The position numbers were made by a program, and so were the translations under genes. From a plasmid, in the sequence record NZ_CP118109.1: 64,000 nt of DNA. One strand, written 5' to 3'. Within the stretch, counting starts at the first letter, position 1. Every line of letters starts with the position of its first letter. Under the pieces are notes generated by a model. The model saw only the letters and a list, made by a program, of their open reading frames with translations. It ran no database searches and was not told the origin of the DNA. Of the stretch, positions 19,437-28,159 are shown piece after piece.

Positions 19437-20270
19437 ATGATTAATAATATTGATGCCAGTGACTTAGACTCTCTCATAAGTCAGCTAAAAAACACTTTTT
19501 CATTTGGTGACTGGGATAAGATTATACTTTTAGCTGAAAAACTTATAGAGAAAACTAATGTTATTAATAATATAACGAAGATGACTGGTGTTAATTTTAA
19601 TCAAGCAGAGAGAAGCCTGGTTTATTATTATGGCTTCGCATATATGGCTATTGGATCAGCTTACGAACATAAGTGTGATTTCTCTAGGGCCAGAGAATGG
19701 GCTCTTAAATATAGGGACTGGTCTTCTGTTTCATCGCCAACTTCTGAGGATATCAGATGGATGAATCATTGGACTAAATTGTCTGAAATTAATGTGATTG
19801 TTGTCGATCTCCTTATGGGAAAAAATGAAGCTCTTGATCAAATTGCTGATTATATATTGGAGCATCCTGAAGATGCCCTAGCCGGATTAATCACAATGCT
19901 CGATGCTGCAAACAAAAATGATATAAATATTGATCATGTCCTTGCTCGTATTCCAGATGATTTCTGGCAGAACGATAAAAGCACAGGTGTTGTCAACATG
20001 TCTTATCAGTATAGATTTTTTCGCCAACTATCCCTTTACAAACAAAAATGTAATGAGTTACATTTTTGTTTAGAAAATCTCTTGCGCGCTTTATCATTAG
20101 CTGATAAAATGAAAAACGTAGATGACTTTAAGGAATGTATTCAAGTTTTTGAATCTCTTAAAGATCACGCCGACAAGCGTCAAGAGAAAAAATATAACCG
20201 GATAGTAAAGGGAGCGATTAGGCATGAAAAAGTTGTTTCTATCAGCATTGCTAACATTAGGGATTCTTAG
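19437..20270 (+). CDS. alpha-helical TPR-like receptor candidate (RRNPP/Rap-like)
   Basis: RBS gaggggagaatagaa; helical repeats such as YYYGFAYMAIGSAYEH...AREWALKY; 3' end overlaps a secreted pre-peptide gene. Confidence 0.5.
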   Translation: MINNIDASDLDSLISQLKNTFSFGDWDKIILLAEKLIEKTNVINNITKMTGVNFNQAERSLVYYYGFAYMAIGSAYEHKCDFSRAREWALKYRDWSSVSSPTSEDIRWMNHWTKLSEINVIVVDLLMGKNEALDQIADYILEHPEDALAGLITMLDAANKNDINIDHVLARIPDDFWQNDKSTGVVNMSYQYRFFRQLSLYKQKCNELHFCLENLLRALSLADKMKNVDDFKECIQVFESLKDHADKRQEKKYNRIVKGAIRHEKVVSISIANIRDS

Positions 20271-20376
20271 CGTAACAGCAGGCGCTGTGAGCGCATCGGA
20301 CGTAACTAAGCCTGTGGTTGTATCTAACCAAGAGGATGCAGTTATTACTACTATGACCTTTGGTTGGGGTTCTTAA
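20224..20376 (+). CDS. secreted pre-peptide (signal peptide plus short pro-region), Phr/PapR-like
   Basis: RBS agggagcg 7 nt before ATG; MKKLFLSALLTLGILSVTAGAVSA signal then SDVTKPVVVSNQEDAVITTMTFGWGS; overlaps the receptor gene out of frame. Confidence 0.5.
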   Translation: MKKLFLSALLTLGILSVTAGAVSASDVTKPVVVSNQEDAVITTMTFGWGS

Positions 20377-20400
20377 TTCAAACCACATATTCTATATAAA

Positions 20401-20437
20401 AAGAGCTGATCGTTTATTGTTCGGCTCTTTTTTATTT
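20401..20437 (+). terminator. rho-independent terminator
   Basis: aagagc-N17-gctctt then ttttattt. Confidence 0.55.
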
Positions 20438-20474
20438 CATATTGGAATGCATTACATATAAGGAGGTTTTGTAG

Positions 20475-20702
20475 TTGAGTGATAAGAGATACATCCTATT
20501 TACAAGAGAAGGTAGTAGTGAGGTTCGTGCAGACGATACCCAGAAGCGTTATTTCGATCCGCCAGGAAGAGATCATATTATTTTTGGATTTGATAATCAG
20601 AAAGCTATGGCTAGAAAGGCTAATGAACTCCTACGAGATGGTTGCACATTGCTTACCCGCGGAGGAAGAGAGCAGCTGAGGATTTTTAAATCCTATATAT
20701 AA
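20475..20702 (+). CDS. hypothetical protein (TTG start)
   Basis: RBS taaggaggt; half-site of the palindrome motif upstream (ggaatgcattacat). Confidence 0.45.
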   Translation: MSDKRYILFTREGSSEVRADDTQKRYFDPPGRDHIIFGFDNQKAMARKANELLRDGCTLLTRGGREQLRIFKSYI

Positions 20703-20907
20703 CCAATTCATTTGATATGCCTTCCTTATCATGATAAAATATCCCTAGTATTGGAGTGTATGCCTAGCGCTTCAAACTTGTCATCACAATACGCCATATT
20801 GTTTTTGACAATTGATGTTTATGGATGTCTCAGATCGGTTGAGTCAACAGTTTCGCTATAGGCTGTTCGACATACGAGCTGAGGATCATGATTTGACATC
20901 AGCATAT

Positions 20908-20936
20908 AACCCATCTTTTATGATGGGTTTTTGCTT
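20908..20936 (+). terminator. rho-independent terminator
   Basis: aacccatc-ttttat-gatgggtt then tttgctttg. Confidence 0.55.
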
Positions 20937-20956
20937 TGTAAGGAGGGAATATCAAA

Positions 20957-21268
20957 ATGGTTCCAAAATCACCTTTTATTTTGGAAATGTGTCAAGACAT
21001 AGCCCGACACATGCGGGCAAAAGGTGTTTGGCCAGATTGCTCAGCTGAAGATATACACAAATCTGCTGATGTTTATGAGCAGATCCCTTCGTGGTGGTAC
21101 GATGCCCTTGCCTACTTTAATGAAAGGGATTATTATTACACTTTAGATGATGTCCAGAGCCCACAGGAAGGCCAATACGTTTCTGTACGAAAGCCAGGAT
21201 ACATAGATGGATATCAGTATAGAAATGGCAAATGGGTAGAAACTGGAGGCTTTAGCACTTATTCATAA
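20957..21268 (+). CDS. hypothetical protein
   Basis: RBS gtaaggaggg. Confidence 0.5.
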   Translation: MVPKSPFILEMCQDIARHMRAKGVWPDCSAEDIHKSADVYEQIPSWWYDALAYFNERDYYYTLDDVQSPQEGQYVSVRKPGYIDGYQYRNGKWVETGGFSTYS

Positions 21269-21280
21269 TAAGAGAGGAAT

Positions 21281-21619
21281 TTGCAAATGTATTTCTATAG
21301 TGAATCTCATGAAACTAATTACAAAGAAATGCTCAAGAGGTATCCTACAGCATTAAAGGATGCGGAATATAAATTAGGCTGCTATATCGTAGCTCATCCT
21401 GAAATTTATCTTGCCGCATCTGAGCAAGATTGGCCAGATATTTTCGATGATTGGACTGAGAAGTCATTCTCAAGAGGAGGACGACTGCTCATTGATCTCG
21501 GCATGCACCTCTTCGGGGGCGGACATACTGAGCTTAATCTAACAGATGCCATTAACACATGGGATGATAAGAATTACAAAGTGTTTTTACAAGCAGTTGA
21601 TATTCGAAGAAATGGTTAA
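21281..21619 (+). CDS. hypothetical protein
   Basis: RBS agagaggaa. Confidence 0.5.
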   Translation: MQMYFYSESHETNYKEMLKRYPTALKDAEYKLGCYIVAHPEIYLAASEQDWPDIFDDWTEKSFSRGGRLLIDLGMHLFGGGHTELNLTDAINTWDDKNYKVFLQAVDIRRNG

Positions 21620-21648
21620 GTCGCCTAATATGGCGGCTTTTCTTTTTC
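21618..21648 (+). terminator. putative terminator
   Basis: tcgcc-taatat-ggcgg then cttttctttttcc. Confidence 0.4.
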
Positions 21649-21740
21649 CCATATTTTACGTGTTACTATGAAAATATTAGTAACATTAGTTCAAAATACC
21701 TGCTATAATGAAAAGCGGAAAATTAAGAGGAGGAAGAAAG

Positions 21741-22517
21741 ATGGAAGACTTTAGTGCTATTTTATTGTTTGTTTCACTCATTGCTATGGTCGCATTTTTA
21801 GTTTTATCAGTGGTTTCTAAGATTAAGAAAGATGGCAAAGCTAAGCGGAAGCTAATGTATGCGGGTGGATCTTTCGTCGTAATGATCGCATCTTTTATTA
21901 TGTTTGGTAGCGTGACTTCTGGCACGACTACAACCGCTGATCCTGCTCCTGCTGTTGAGCAACCAAAGGCTGAAACAGTAAAGCTTTCACCTGAAGAAGA
22001 AGCGGCCATAAAGGAAGAAGCAGAGGCAGCTGCGAAGGCTAAAGCAGAGGAAGAGGCTAAAGCGAAAGCTGAAGCTGAGGAAAAGGCAAAGGCTGAAGCA
22101 GAAGCTAAAGCAAAGGAAGAAGCTGAAGCAAAGGCTAAAGCAGAAGCGGAAGCTAAGGCTGCAGCTGAGGCGGCGGCTCAAGCAGAGGCTGATAAGAAAG
22201 CAAATGCTCAAACAATTGAATATCCGCATCTTTCAAAGAATCCTGACCGTTACGCAGGGGAGTATGTTACATACACCGGCGAAATTGTTCAAATATTAGA
22301 GAGCGGCGAGTTTACTAATATCAGACTTGCTGTAACTCAGGATGAATGGGGATATAACTACAACGACCTCATCTTCATTGAATACGAGGGATTAACTGAC
22401 TTTGTTGATGGTGATGTTGTAACGGTCTATGGTGAGATCTACGGGGCTTATTCGTACACATCACAGGCAGGTTGGGAGATCACCCTGCCTGGTCTAGTAG
22501 CTGACACTGTAGAATAA
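21741..22517 (+). CDS. membrane-anchored protein with long E/A/K-repeat helix and C-terminal globular domain
   Basis: RBS aagaggaggaagaaag; N-terminal TM; EAKAKAEAEAKAKEEAEAKAKAEAEAKAAAEAAAQAEA. Confidence 0.55.
   Translation: MEDFSAILLFVSLIAMVAFLVLSVVSKIKKDGKAKRKLMYAGGSFVVMIASFIMFGSVTSGTTTTADPAPAVEQPKAETVKLSPEEEAAIKEEAEAAAKAKAEEEAKAKAEAEEKAKAEAEAKAKEEAEAKAKAEAEAKAAAEAAAQAEADKKANAQTIEYPHLSKNPDRYAGEYVTYTGEIVQILESGEFTNIRLAVTQDEWGYNYNDLIFIEYEGLTDFVDGDVVTVYGEIYGAYSYTSQAGWEITLPGLVADTVE
22015..22200 (+). repeat. tandem 9-12 bp GCTGAAGCA/GAAGCTAAA-type repeats encoding the EAKA tract
   Basis: direct read. Confidence 0.7.
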
Positions 22518-22542
22518 AATGATAAAGAAACTCCCTCCAAGG

Positions 22543-22570
22543 AAGCCGTCCGATCGGGCGGCTTTTTTAT
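22543..22570 (+). terminator. rho-independent terminator
   Basis: gccgtcc-gatc-gggcggc then ttttttat. Confidence 0.65.
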
Positions 22571-22571
22571 A

Positions 22572-22599
22572 TTTATATTGCACTAAAATATGGTATAAT
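22572..22599 (+). promoter_or_regulatory. promoter TTTATA-16-TGgTATAAT (extended -10)
   Basis: direct read upstream of 22692 gene. Confidence 0.5.
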
Positions 22600-22691
22600 T
22601 AAAAATGCATCAAAATACTGACAGGTATTATCATGGTGAGGGCCGCCTTTGTGCGGCTTTTCCCATGTATATCATCATATGGGGGATTCCT

Positions 22692-23738
22692 ATGTCAAAT
22701 AAGGTATATAATGACTCATTGTATAACGAGGATGTGAAATTAAAGTTCCTAGAGTTAATGAAAAAGAATGGTTGTTCTGAAAATACATTAGTTACATATA
22801 AGCGAGTTTTTCTACGCGCATCTGGATTAGAAAAAAGATTTAAGACGGATCTGTATGATTTTACATTCGAATATATAGAAAAACTCTTAATCAAGATGAA
22901 TCATACAACATTAAACTCCGCAATAAGCAGCATTAGCATCATAAGAAGTTACATTGATTGGGCGATACAGAACAAGTACAGAAAGGTGCCTTTAAGCCCA
23001 CTGGACGTATTCACTACGAAGGAATTGGCCCAGCGATACAAGAACAAACGAGTAAGAGTATATTTTACACATGCTGAAGTGCAAAAGTTTGCAGATAGCG
23101 CTGTGAATGCGCAGGATAAGGCTCTCATTTGGGCAATGTTTCATGGTATATGTGGAAATGGGATGGCAGAACTAAGGAATCTTACGTTGTATGATATTGA
23201 TCAGCATAACTATAAATTGACTCTTAAGGACGATGATTCAGAGAGAGTTATTGAACTCATCTCAGATGAACAAAAAAAATTGATCGACCACCTTCTTAAA
23301 GCCCATGAGCAAACTCATTATCTAAAGGGAAACGGAAAGTCTGTTGCTAAAAACCCTATCGGTTTCTTAGCAAAAAATAACCATGTATTTAGGCCTATGA
23401 TTCGTGGAGACAGTTCTACTGCTTCTTATCATGTTTTAAGAAATAGACTTGTAGATATATCAAAAATCAACGAAGAGCCGCAACTAACTTCCCCTATTTC
23501 GTTAAGATATAGTGGGATGCTTTATATGGCTTATTGTGAATATCAAAAGCATGGGGCGTTGAGTCTTGAGTCCATAAAGAGAATTTCAGATTTCTATGCT
23601 ATCAGTAAAGTAACTGATTCCAAATATGACAACTTCTTTATTCGAAGAGAATTTTTAACCGAAGAAACGATCATAAAGGAATATCTCTCTGGAGACGAAG
23701 GAGAAGAAGACTATGGAGTTGATGCAAAGATATTTTGA
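22692..23738 (+). CDS. tyrosine-recombinase/integrase-like protein (tentative)
   Basis: N-terminal SAM-like segment TLNSAISSISIIRSYIDWAI; C-terminal SYHVLRNRLV (HxLR-like) and downstream Tyr; motifs weak. Confidence 0.4.
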   Translation: MSNKVYNDSLYNEDVKLKFLELMKKNGCSENTLVTYKRVFLRASGLEKRFKTDLYDFTFEYIEKLLIKMNHTTLNSAISSISIIRSYIDWAIQNKYRKVPLSPLDVFTTKELAQRYKNKRVRVYFTHAEVQKFADSAVNAQDKALIWAMFHGICGNGMAELRNLTLYDIDQHNYKLTLKDDDSERVIELISDEQKKLIDHLLKAHEQTHYLKGNGKSVAKNPIGFLAKNNHVFRPMIRGDSSTASYHVLRNRLVDISKINEEPQLTSPISLRYSGMLYMAYCEYQKHGALSLESIKRISDFYAISKVTDSKYDNFFIRREFLTEETIIKEYLSGDEGEEDYGVDAKIF

Positions 23739-24006
23739 TAATCTTTATCCCAAGGTTCAGGTTATATCAAATCGATTCAAGTGTACCCTAGATTATCACA
23801 CGATAAAAAGATGGCTAAATGCTAATGTTCCAAGACAGTTTACTCATAAGTATGGGGGCTATACTTATACCACAACAGGTCTTGGCAAAGAGATTGTTGC
23901 TAAGGTTGTATGTGAAGGAAAGATTAACGGCGATGCAGTTTACTGTGCTATCGTTTTTCATAATTCGATTCGCATATATCTAAAGCAGGGGTTAAATTAT
24001 TTGTGA
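23713..24006 (+). CDS. hypothetical protein starting MELMQRY
   Basis: overlapping start; MELMxxY N-terminus. Confidence 0.45.
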   Translation: MELMQRYFDNLYPKVQVISNRFKCTLDYHTIKRWLNANVPRQFTHKYGGYTYTTTGLGKEIVAKVVCEGKINGDAVYCAIVFHNSIRIYLKQGLNYL

Positions 24007-24011
24007 TTGGA

Positions 24012-24203
24012 TTATTCTCTTAATTCAACACGGCCATCATTATATATGTTCATTCGCAGTAGCCGGCCATCACGAACTCTGTAATTGTACACGCAGTATT
24101 CATAGTTGAGACCGGATCGACCAAAATATATAAGCTCACCATATTTTTCATAATACTTTACAGCTTCGTCCAGTGAGTCAAATTGTGGCAACGGCTTATT
24201 CAT
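24012..24203 (-). CDS. hypothetical protein (convergent)
   Basis: RBS gaggtgg before second ATG. Confidence 0.4.
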   Translation of the reverse strand: MNKPLPQFDSLDEAVKYYEKYGELIYFGRSGLNYEYCVYNYRVRDGRLLRMNIYNDGRVELRE

Positions 24204-24278
24204 ACAAACCACCTCGATACAAGTATAACATATGTAATATAATGCAATTCTTGAATTACAGCAGGAGGAAGATAATAA

Positions 24279-24569
24279 ATGAGCATGCAGAAAAAGTTAG
24301 AGGCAGCAAGACTAGAAGGATATAAGGCAGGGTTTGAAGCTGGTCTTAAAGACAGTGCTTCGCAGAAGGAAATTCAGACATCTTTTCTGAATGGTATCAA
24401 AGTGGGGGCAGATGCTGCAAATGAAGCATGGTCCTCAGCCGTTCAAAATGCCCCAGGCGTAGGTCCAAAAACCATGAAAAAGATATACGATCAAGCCGAG
24501 AAGGAGCATAAAGAACGAAAAGTGGAGCGTGAAATGCTTGCAAAGTCTTCCGTAGCCAAAGGTGCATAG
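24279..24569 (+). CDS. hypothetical protein
   Basis: RBS caggaggaag. Confidence 0.5.
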   Translation: MSMQKKLEAARLEGYKAGFEAGLKDSASQKEIQTSFLNGIKVGADAANEAWSSAVQNAPGVGPKTMKKIYDQAEKEHKERKVEREMLAKSSVAKGA

Positions 24570-24581
24570 GTTGCTTTGCAA

Positions 24582-24660
24582 TGACATAAAGTTGCCTACT
24601 CGGCTAGAGAATTGACATAAAGTTACCCACCAGACTGGAGAGTGACATAAAGTTACCTAC
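24582..24660 (+). repeat. three direct iteron-like repeats TGACATAAAGTTRCCYAC at about 30-31 bp spacing
   Basis: copies at 24582, 24613, 24643. Confidence 0.8.
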
Positions 24661-24675
24661 CAGAAGCTGCCTAGG

Positions 24676-24716
24676 CCGCCGGTAAACTAGCTCAAGTTTA
24701 CTCGGCGGTTTTTTTG
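24676..24716 (+). terminator. rho-independent terminator
   Basis: ccgccggtaaac-N8-gtttactcggcgg then ttttttt. Confidence 0.65.
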
Positions 24717-24755
24717 GTAATACTATCTTCATAATAGTTCTTGGAGGAAACACAC

Positions 24756-24845
24756 TTGAAGGAAGATGCTAAGATCGTATTCAGTATTATTGCATTAGGT
24801 TTTTTCATCATTGCATTAGTCATACTAGTATTATACTGGGCCTAA
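24756..24845 (+). CDS. 29-aa hydrophobic membrane peptide (TTG start)
   Basis: RBS ttggaggaaa; sequence KEDAKIVFSIIALGFFIIALVILVLYWA. Confidence 0.25.
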   Translation: MKEDAKIVFSIIALGFFIIALVILVLYWA

Positions 24846-24927
24846 GAGGGCCGATTTCTCATCCTCAGACATTTAGTCAAAATTCAGATTTTGTGCACAT
24901 GTCTAACATAAAATACTTTATGTAAAC

Positions 24928-24949
24928 CAAAAAGCCGCCTATTGGCGGT
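24928..24949 (-). terminator. secondary terminator downstream of hag
   Basis: A-run then gccgcc-tatt-ggcggt on + strand. Confidence 0.4.
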
Positions 24950-25003
24950 TTCCTGGACCCAATGAACCAATGATTATTATCACCAATAAAATGTTTTTCA
25001 TAC

Positions 25004-25044
25004 ATAAAAGCCGCCCTATACAGGACGGCCTTGTTTTTGCTTTT
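25004..25044. terminator. bidirectional terminator at hag 3' end
   Basis: aaaa-gccgccc-tataca-ggacggc-cttgtttttgctttt. Confidence 0.6.
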
Positions 25045-25048
25045 AATA

Positions 25049-26092
25049 TTAACGAAGCAATTGAAGAACTGCTTGTGGTTGTTGGTTTGCTTGAGCCAAC
25101 ATTGCTTGAGCTGCTTGGGAAAGAATCGAGTTCTTAGTTTGCTCAACCATTTCTTTCGCCATGTCAACGTCACGAATACGGGATTCAGATGCTGTCAGGT
25201 TCTCTGCTGTTGTACCCAGGTTATTTACTGTGTGCTCCAAACGGTTTTGTACGGAACCCAATTTAGAACGCTCAGCAGATACGCTCTCGATCGCTGCGTT
25301 AATTGTAGTGATTGCTGTATCAGCGTCTTCTTGGTTAGAAATGTTGATACCAGCGTTTACTTTTGCTTCATCAGCATATGCTTCGTCAACTTTGACAACC
25401 ATTTTGTCGCCATCGTAGTAACCAGCTACAACAACATCATCTTCGGTTGCCTTTCTAGTTGTACCATTACCACTGCCATCGTCAATGTCGTCTCCGACAT
25501 TAACTGCTTCTTTAAAAGTAAGTGTAGTTGTTCCGGCAGTCAAAGTTGCAGTAGTGCCATCGTTATCAGATGTGTACTCTGTGCTTACTTTCAGCGCTTC
25601 AGCGCCCATGTCACTAATTGAAAGACTAATGCTTTGACCTGCATTTGCTCCGATTTGGAATGTAACATTTTCAGCAGAACCATTGATCAGCTTTTTCGTA
25701 TTGAACTCAGTGTCTGTAGAGATACGAGTCAATTCTTCAGCTAATTGGTTTACTTCTTTTTGAAGCTCTGCGCGGTCGGAATCCGTGTTTGTGTCAGATG
25801 CTGATTGAACTGCCAGCTCACGCATACGTTGCAGGATAGAATGAGATTCATTCAATGCACCTTCAGCTGTCTGGATCAGTGAGATACCATCTTGAGCGTT
25901 ACGAGAAGCTTGCTCAAGACCGCGGATTTGTCCACGCATTTTTTCGGAGATTGCAAGACCCGCTGCGTCATCACCAGCACGGTTGATGCGAAGACCGGAA
26001 GACAATTTCTCCATGTTTTTTCCTTGTGCAGAGTTAGCTGCGCCCAGGCTGCGTTGAGTGTTAATCGCCGCAATGTTGTGATTGATAATCAT
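25049..26092 (-). CDS. hag: flagellin
   Basis: N-terminal [17 protein letters not shown]...[30 protein letters not shown] and C-terminal flagellin helices; RBS GGAGG. Confidence 0.9.
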   Translation of the reverse strand: MIINHNIAAINTQRSLGAANSAQGKNMEKLSSGLRINRAGDDAAGLAISEKMRGQIRGLEQASRNAQDGISLIQTAEGALNESHSILQRMRELAVQSASDTNTDSDRAELQKEVNQLAEELTRISTDTEFNTKKLINGSAENVTFQIGANAGQSISLSISDMGAEALKVSTEYTSDNDGTTATLTAGTTTLTFKEAVNVGDDIDDGSGNGTTRKATEDDVVVAGYYDGDKMVVKVDEAYADEAKVNAGINISNQEDADTAITTINAAIESVSAERSKLGSVQNRLEHTVNNLGTTAENLTASESRIRDVDMAKEMVEQTKNSILSQAAQAMLAQANQQPQAVLQLLR

Positions 26093-26109
26093 TTTTAACC
26101 TACCTCCAT

Positions 26110-26131
26110 GTAGTTACGTCAAGGAGAGTCC
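26110..26131 (-). promoter_or_regulatory. hag leader hairpin with GGA in loop (CsrA-binding-site-like) next to the GGAGG Shine-Dalgarno
   Basis: minus-strand caaggaga-aaggac-tctccttg; architecture matches B. subtilis hag leader BS1/BS2. Confidence 0.45.
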
Positions 26132-26150
26132 TTTCTCCTTGCGTTAAGAT

Positions 26151-26348
26151 TTAGAGCGGCAGTCCATTTTGTCTGCAGAGCTCTTTTTGTTCGTCTGACA
26201 AGATCTCTTCCCTGAGTATCTTAACGTCATTCGGAGCAGTTATTTCTAACTTTGGATTGCCGTAATCATCGACCTTCACTTTAATATGTATGGAATTGCC
26301 GATAATGATCGACTCACCCGCTCTTCTGTTGACTGTTAATTTTCCCAT
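26151..26348 (-). CDS. csrA: carbon storage regulator CsrA
   Basis: MGKLTVNRRAGESIIIGNSIHIKVKVDDYGNPKLEITAPNDVKILREEI; track ORF over-extended upstream. Confidence 0.75.
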   Translation of the reverse strand: MGKLTVNRRAGESIIIGNSIHIKVKVDDYGNPKLEITAPNDVKILREEILSDEQKELCRQNGLPL

Positions 26349-26382
26349 GCCGACTACCAACTTCCCTATTGTGATAGTTATT

Positions 26383-26409
26383 TTATCGGCGGGATCCGGA
26401 AATAGTTTA
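26383..26409 (-). promoter_or_regulatory. sigma-D (sigma-28) type promoter TAAA-N15-GCCGATAA driving csrA-hag
   Basis: minus-strand tggtaTAAActatttccggatcccGCCGATAAaa, close to B. subtilis sigma-D consensus TAAA-N15-GCCGATAT. Confidence 0.6.
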
Positions 26410-26445
26410 TACCATTTTAAAAAAATTTTATTGGAGCTGATAAAT

Positions 26446-26790
26446 ATGAAATATAACCCTACTCTACTCAACGTTTTTAATCTTAATAAATTTGATCCTC
26501 GTGAGTTAACGTATAGCGAAAAAATGCTGGTCGAGGAATATCTTGGCGAAATCTTAGAGGAACAATATTCCGGAGACATCCAAGAAATTATCCATTATCA
26601 AGATAAACGCATTACATTTAGCGAGGATTCTGAAGGCTTCAAACTGCCCCTAGCAAACGATCTACCACTTGAATATAACCTATGGAATATAAATAGTTTA
26701 TTCGCCTATGGAGAGGCTGATATGGAGCTTGTGGCGGTCTTAGAGAATCCCGAAAATACAATGAATCAGGTGATGGTTAGTATGTATTAA
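26446..26790 (+). CDS. hypothetical protein
   Basis: ATG with ggag 8 nt upstream; track ORF 26290 is over-extended. Confidence 0.5.
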   Translation: MKYNPTLLNVFNLNKFDPRELTYSEKMLVEEYLGEILEEQYSGDIQEIIHYQDKRITFSEDSEGFKLPLANDLPLEYNLWNINSLFAYGEADMELVAVLENPENTMNQVMVSMY

Positions 26791-26841
26791 TTATCTATTT
26801 ATTGGTATAATTTAATTAGAACATCGAGGTGATTTTGCTAA

Positions 26842-27102
26842 ATGAAAATAATATCTATCTATCTGGCGATAGGTTCCATTATCGCTTTTCTATTTTTAAT
26901 GTCTCTATACGGCTTTAGTTGGTACACCCAAAGAAATGAGCCTGATGATTTTGAAGAGGAGCTGGAAAGAGAGCAGCTGCAAGGATCGTGGGATAAAGCA
27001 TCAAGAGAATTTGGCGGAGACATGCGTACTGTATTCTTGATGTTCGTTACGATCTGTCTGGCTTGGCCAGGTTTTATTATTTATGCTTTCAAGAAAGACT
27101 GA
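26842..27102 (+). CDS. small membrane protein (two TM segments)
   Basis: RBS atcgaggtga. Confidence 0.5.
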   Translation: MKIISIYLAIGSIIAFLFLMSLYGFSWYTQRNEPDDFEEELEREQLQGSWDKASREFGGDMRTVFLMFVTICLAWPGFIIYAFKKD

Positions 27103-27130
27103 ACATCGTATTGCAGGAGTGTAAAGAAAA

Positions 27131-27367
27131 TTGAAACAGATTGAAGAATGCTTTGACCGGTATTTTGATAATATGTCACCGCTCAAAAAGAAATGGCAAA
27201 TCGTCGATGCGCCAGGAAATAGTCTATGGCTTTTTCATTACCACCATCTTATTCTTGTCTTTAATAAGACCACTAGAGAGATTATTCATGAGTGGGCGGA
27301 AACATCTGCTGATAAGCGCGGTTTGAGAGCTGCAAAAGAATATCTTACAAGACGTTATGATCTGTAG
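27131..27367 (+). CDS. hypothetical protein (TTG start)
   Basis: ORF track. Confidence 0.35.
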   Translation: MKQIEECFDRYFDNMSPLKKKWQIVDAPGNSLWLFHYHHLILVFNKTTREIIHEWAETSADKRGLRAAKEYLTRRYDL

Positions 27368-27481
27368 TATAGTATAGCAACGAGGAACGCTTGTATGCTT
27401 AGGCGCTGTCTCCGATTTTGATGTTTCATTATTGGAATCATGGGGTAATATATTCTTTTACATTCATCACGAGGTGAGGAC

Positions 27482-28009
27482 ATGATTGGCCTGCTTAGAC
27501 AGCGACCTGCGTTAATTGTTGGATTTATTGTAAATAGCGATACCCACATTGAAGCTGTACGTAATTTATTTCCTGTCGAGTACCATAAAAGGATGATCTT
27601 TCTTTCGCTAAGCGCGCTTGATCTAACCGATAATATGAAGCGTTATGTAACCATGCTAGGCAATCTTACTCATCATTTAATTATTTGCCTAGATCCTGGC
27701 CAAATCGCTGATGCTCTTACTCCTGTATTTAAGGAGTGGGTGCCTTCTGCCGAAGAAGTTGTTCTCAACGTTCCTTTGCTCGAATGCGAAAAAGAATATT
27801 TGGGTCTTCAAATTTTTGAAGCATACCGTTTTTCTGTTTGTGAGAAGAAACGTGCTAAAGAATTAATACCCTGCATAAATTGTACCAAGATGACCTATAT
27901 TATCGACTCTAGCTGGAATGTGCCTTTATGTAGTGATGCATGCTTTGAAGAATGGGAATCGAATCATGCGAAGAAGCTGCGCTCAAAACGCCATAAGCAA
28001 AAATTATAA
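27482..28009 (+). CDS. hypothetical protein with C-terminal Cys cluster
   Basis: RBS cacgaggtgagg. Confidence 0.55.
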   Translation: MIGLLRQRPALIVGFIVNSDTHIEAVRNLFPVEYHKRMIFLSLSALDLTDNMKRYVTMLGNLTHHLIICLDPGQIADALTPVFKEWVPSAEEVVLNVPLLECEKEYLGLQIFEAYRFSVCEKKRAKELIPCINCTKMTYIIDSSWNVPLCSDACFEEWESNHAKKLRSKRHKQKL

Positions 28010-28159
28010 TATCTAAGCGGATGATTGGATGTTTTCAGTTGTCCGCTTCTTTGTTTTTCGATTTTTATCTACCTTCTTCCCTCTCATTTTTACCGCCTCC
28101 GTTTGATAGTTTCTACTCTTTTTATACCCTATTTGCTAGGACGAACACAAGTCTTTTGT

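Noticed and set aside
20812-21048. 78-aa ORF
   Set aside because: It reads straight through an intrinsic terminator hairpin and has no RBS.
25031-25621. 196-aa + strand ORF, plus several shorter ones, antisense to hag
   Set aside because: They lie wholly inside the strongly supported flagellin gene on the opposite strand, have low-complexity Cys/Leu-rich composition and have no RBS.
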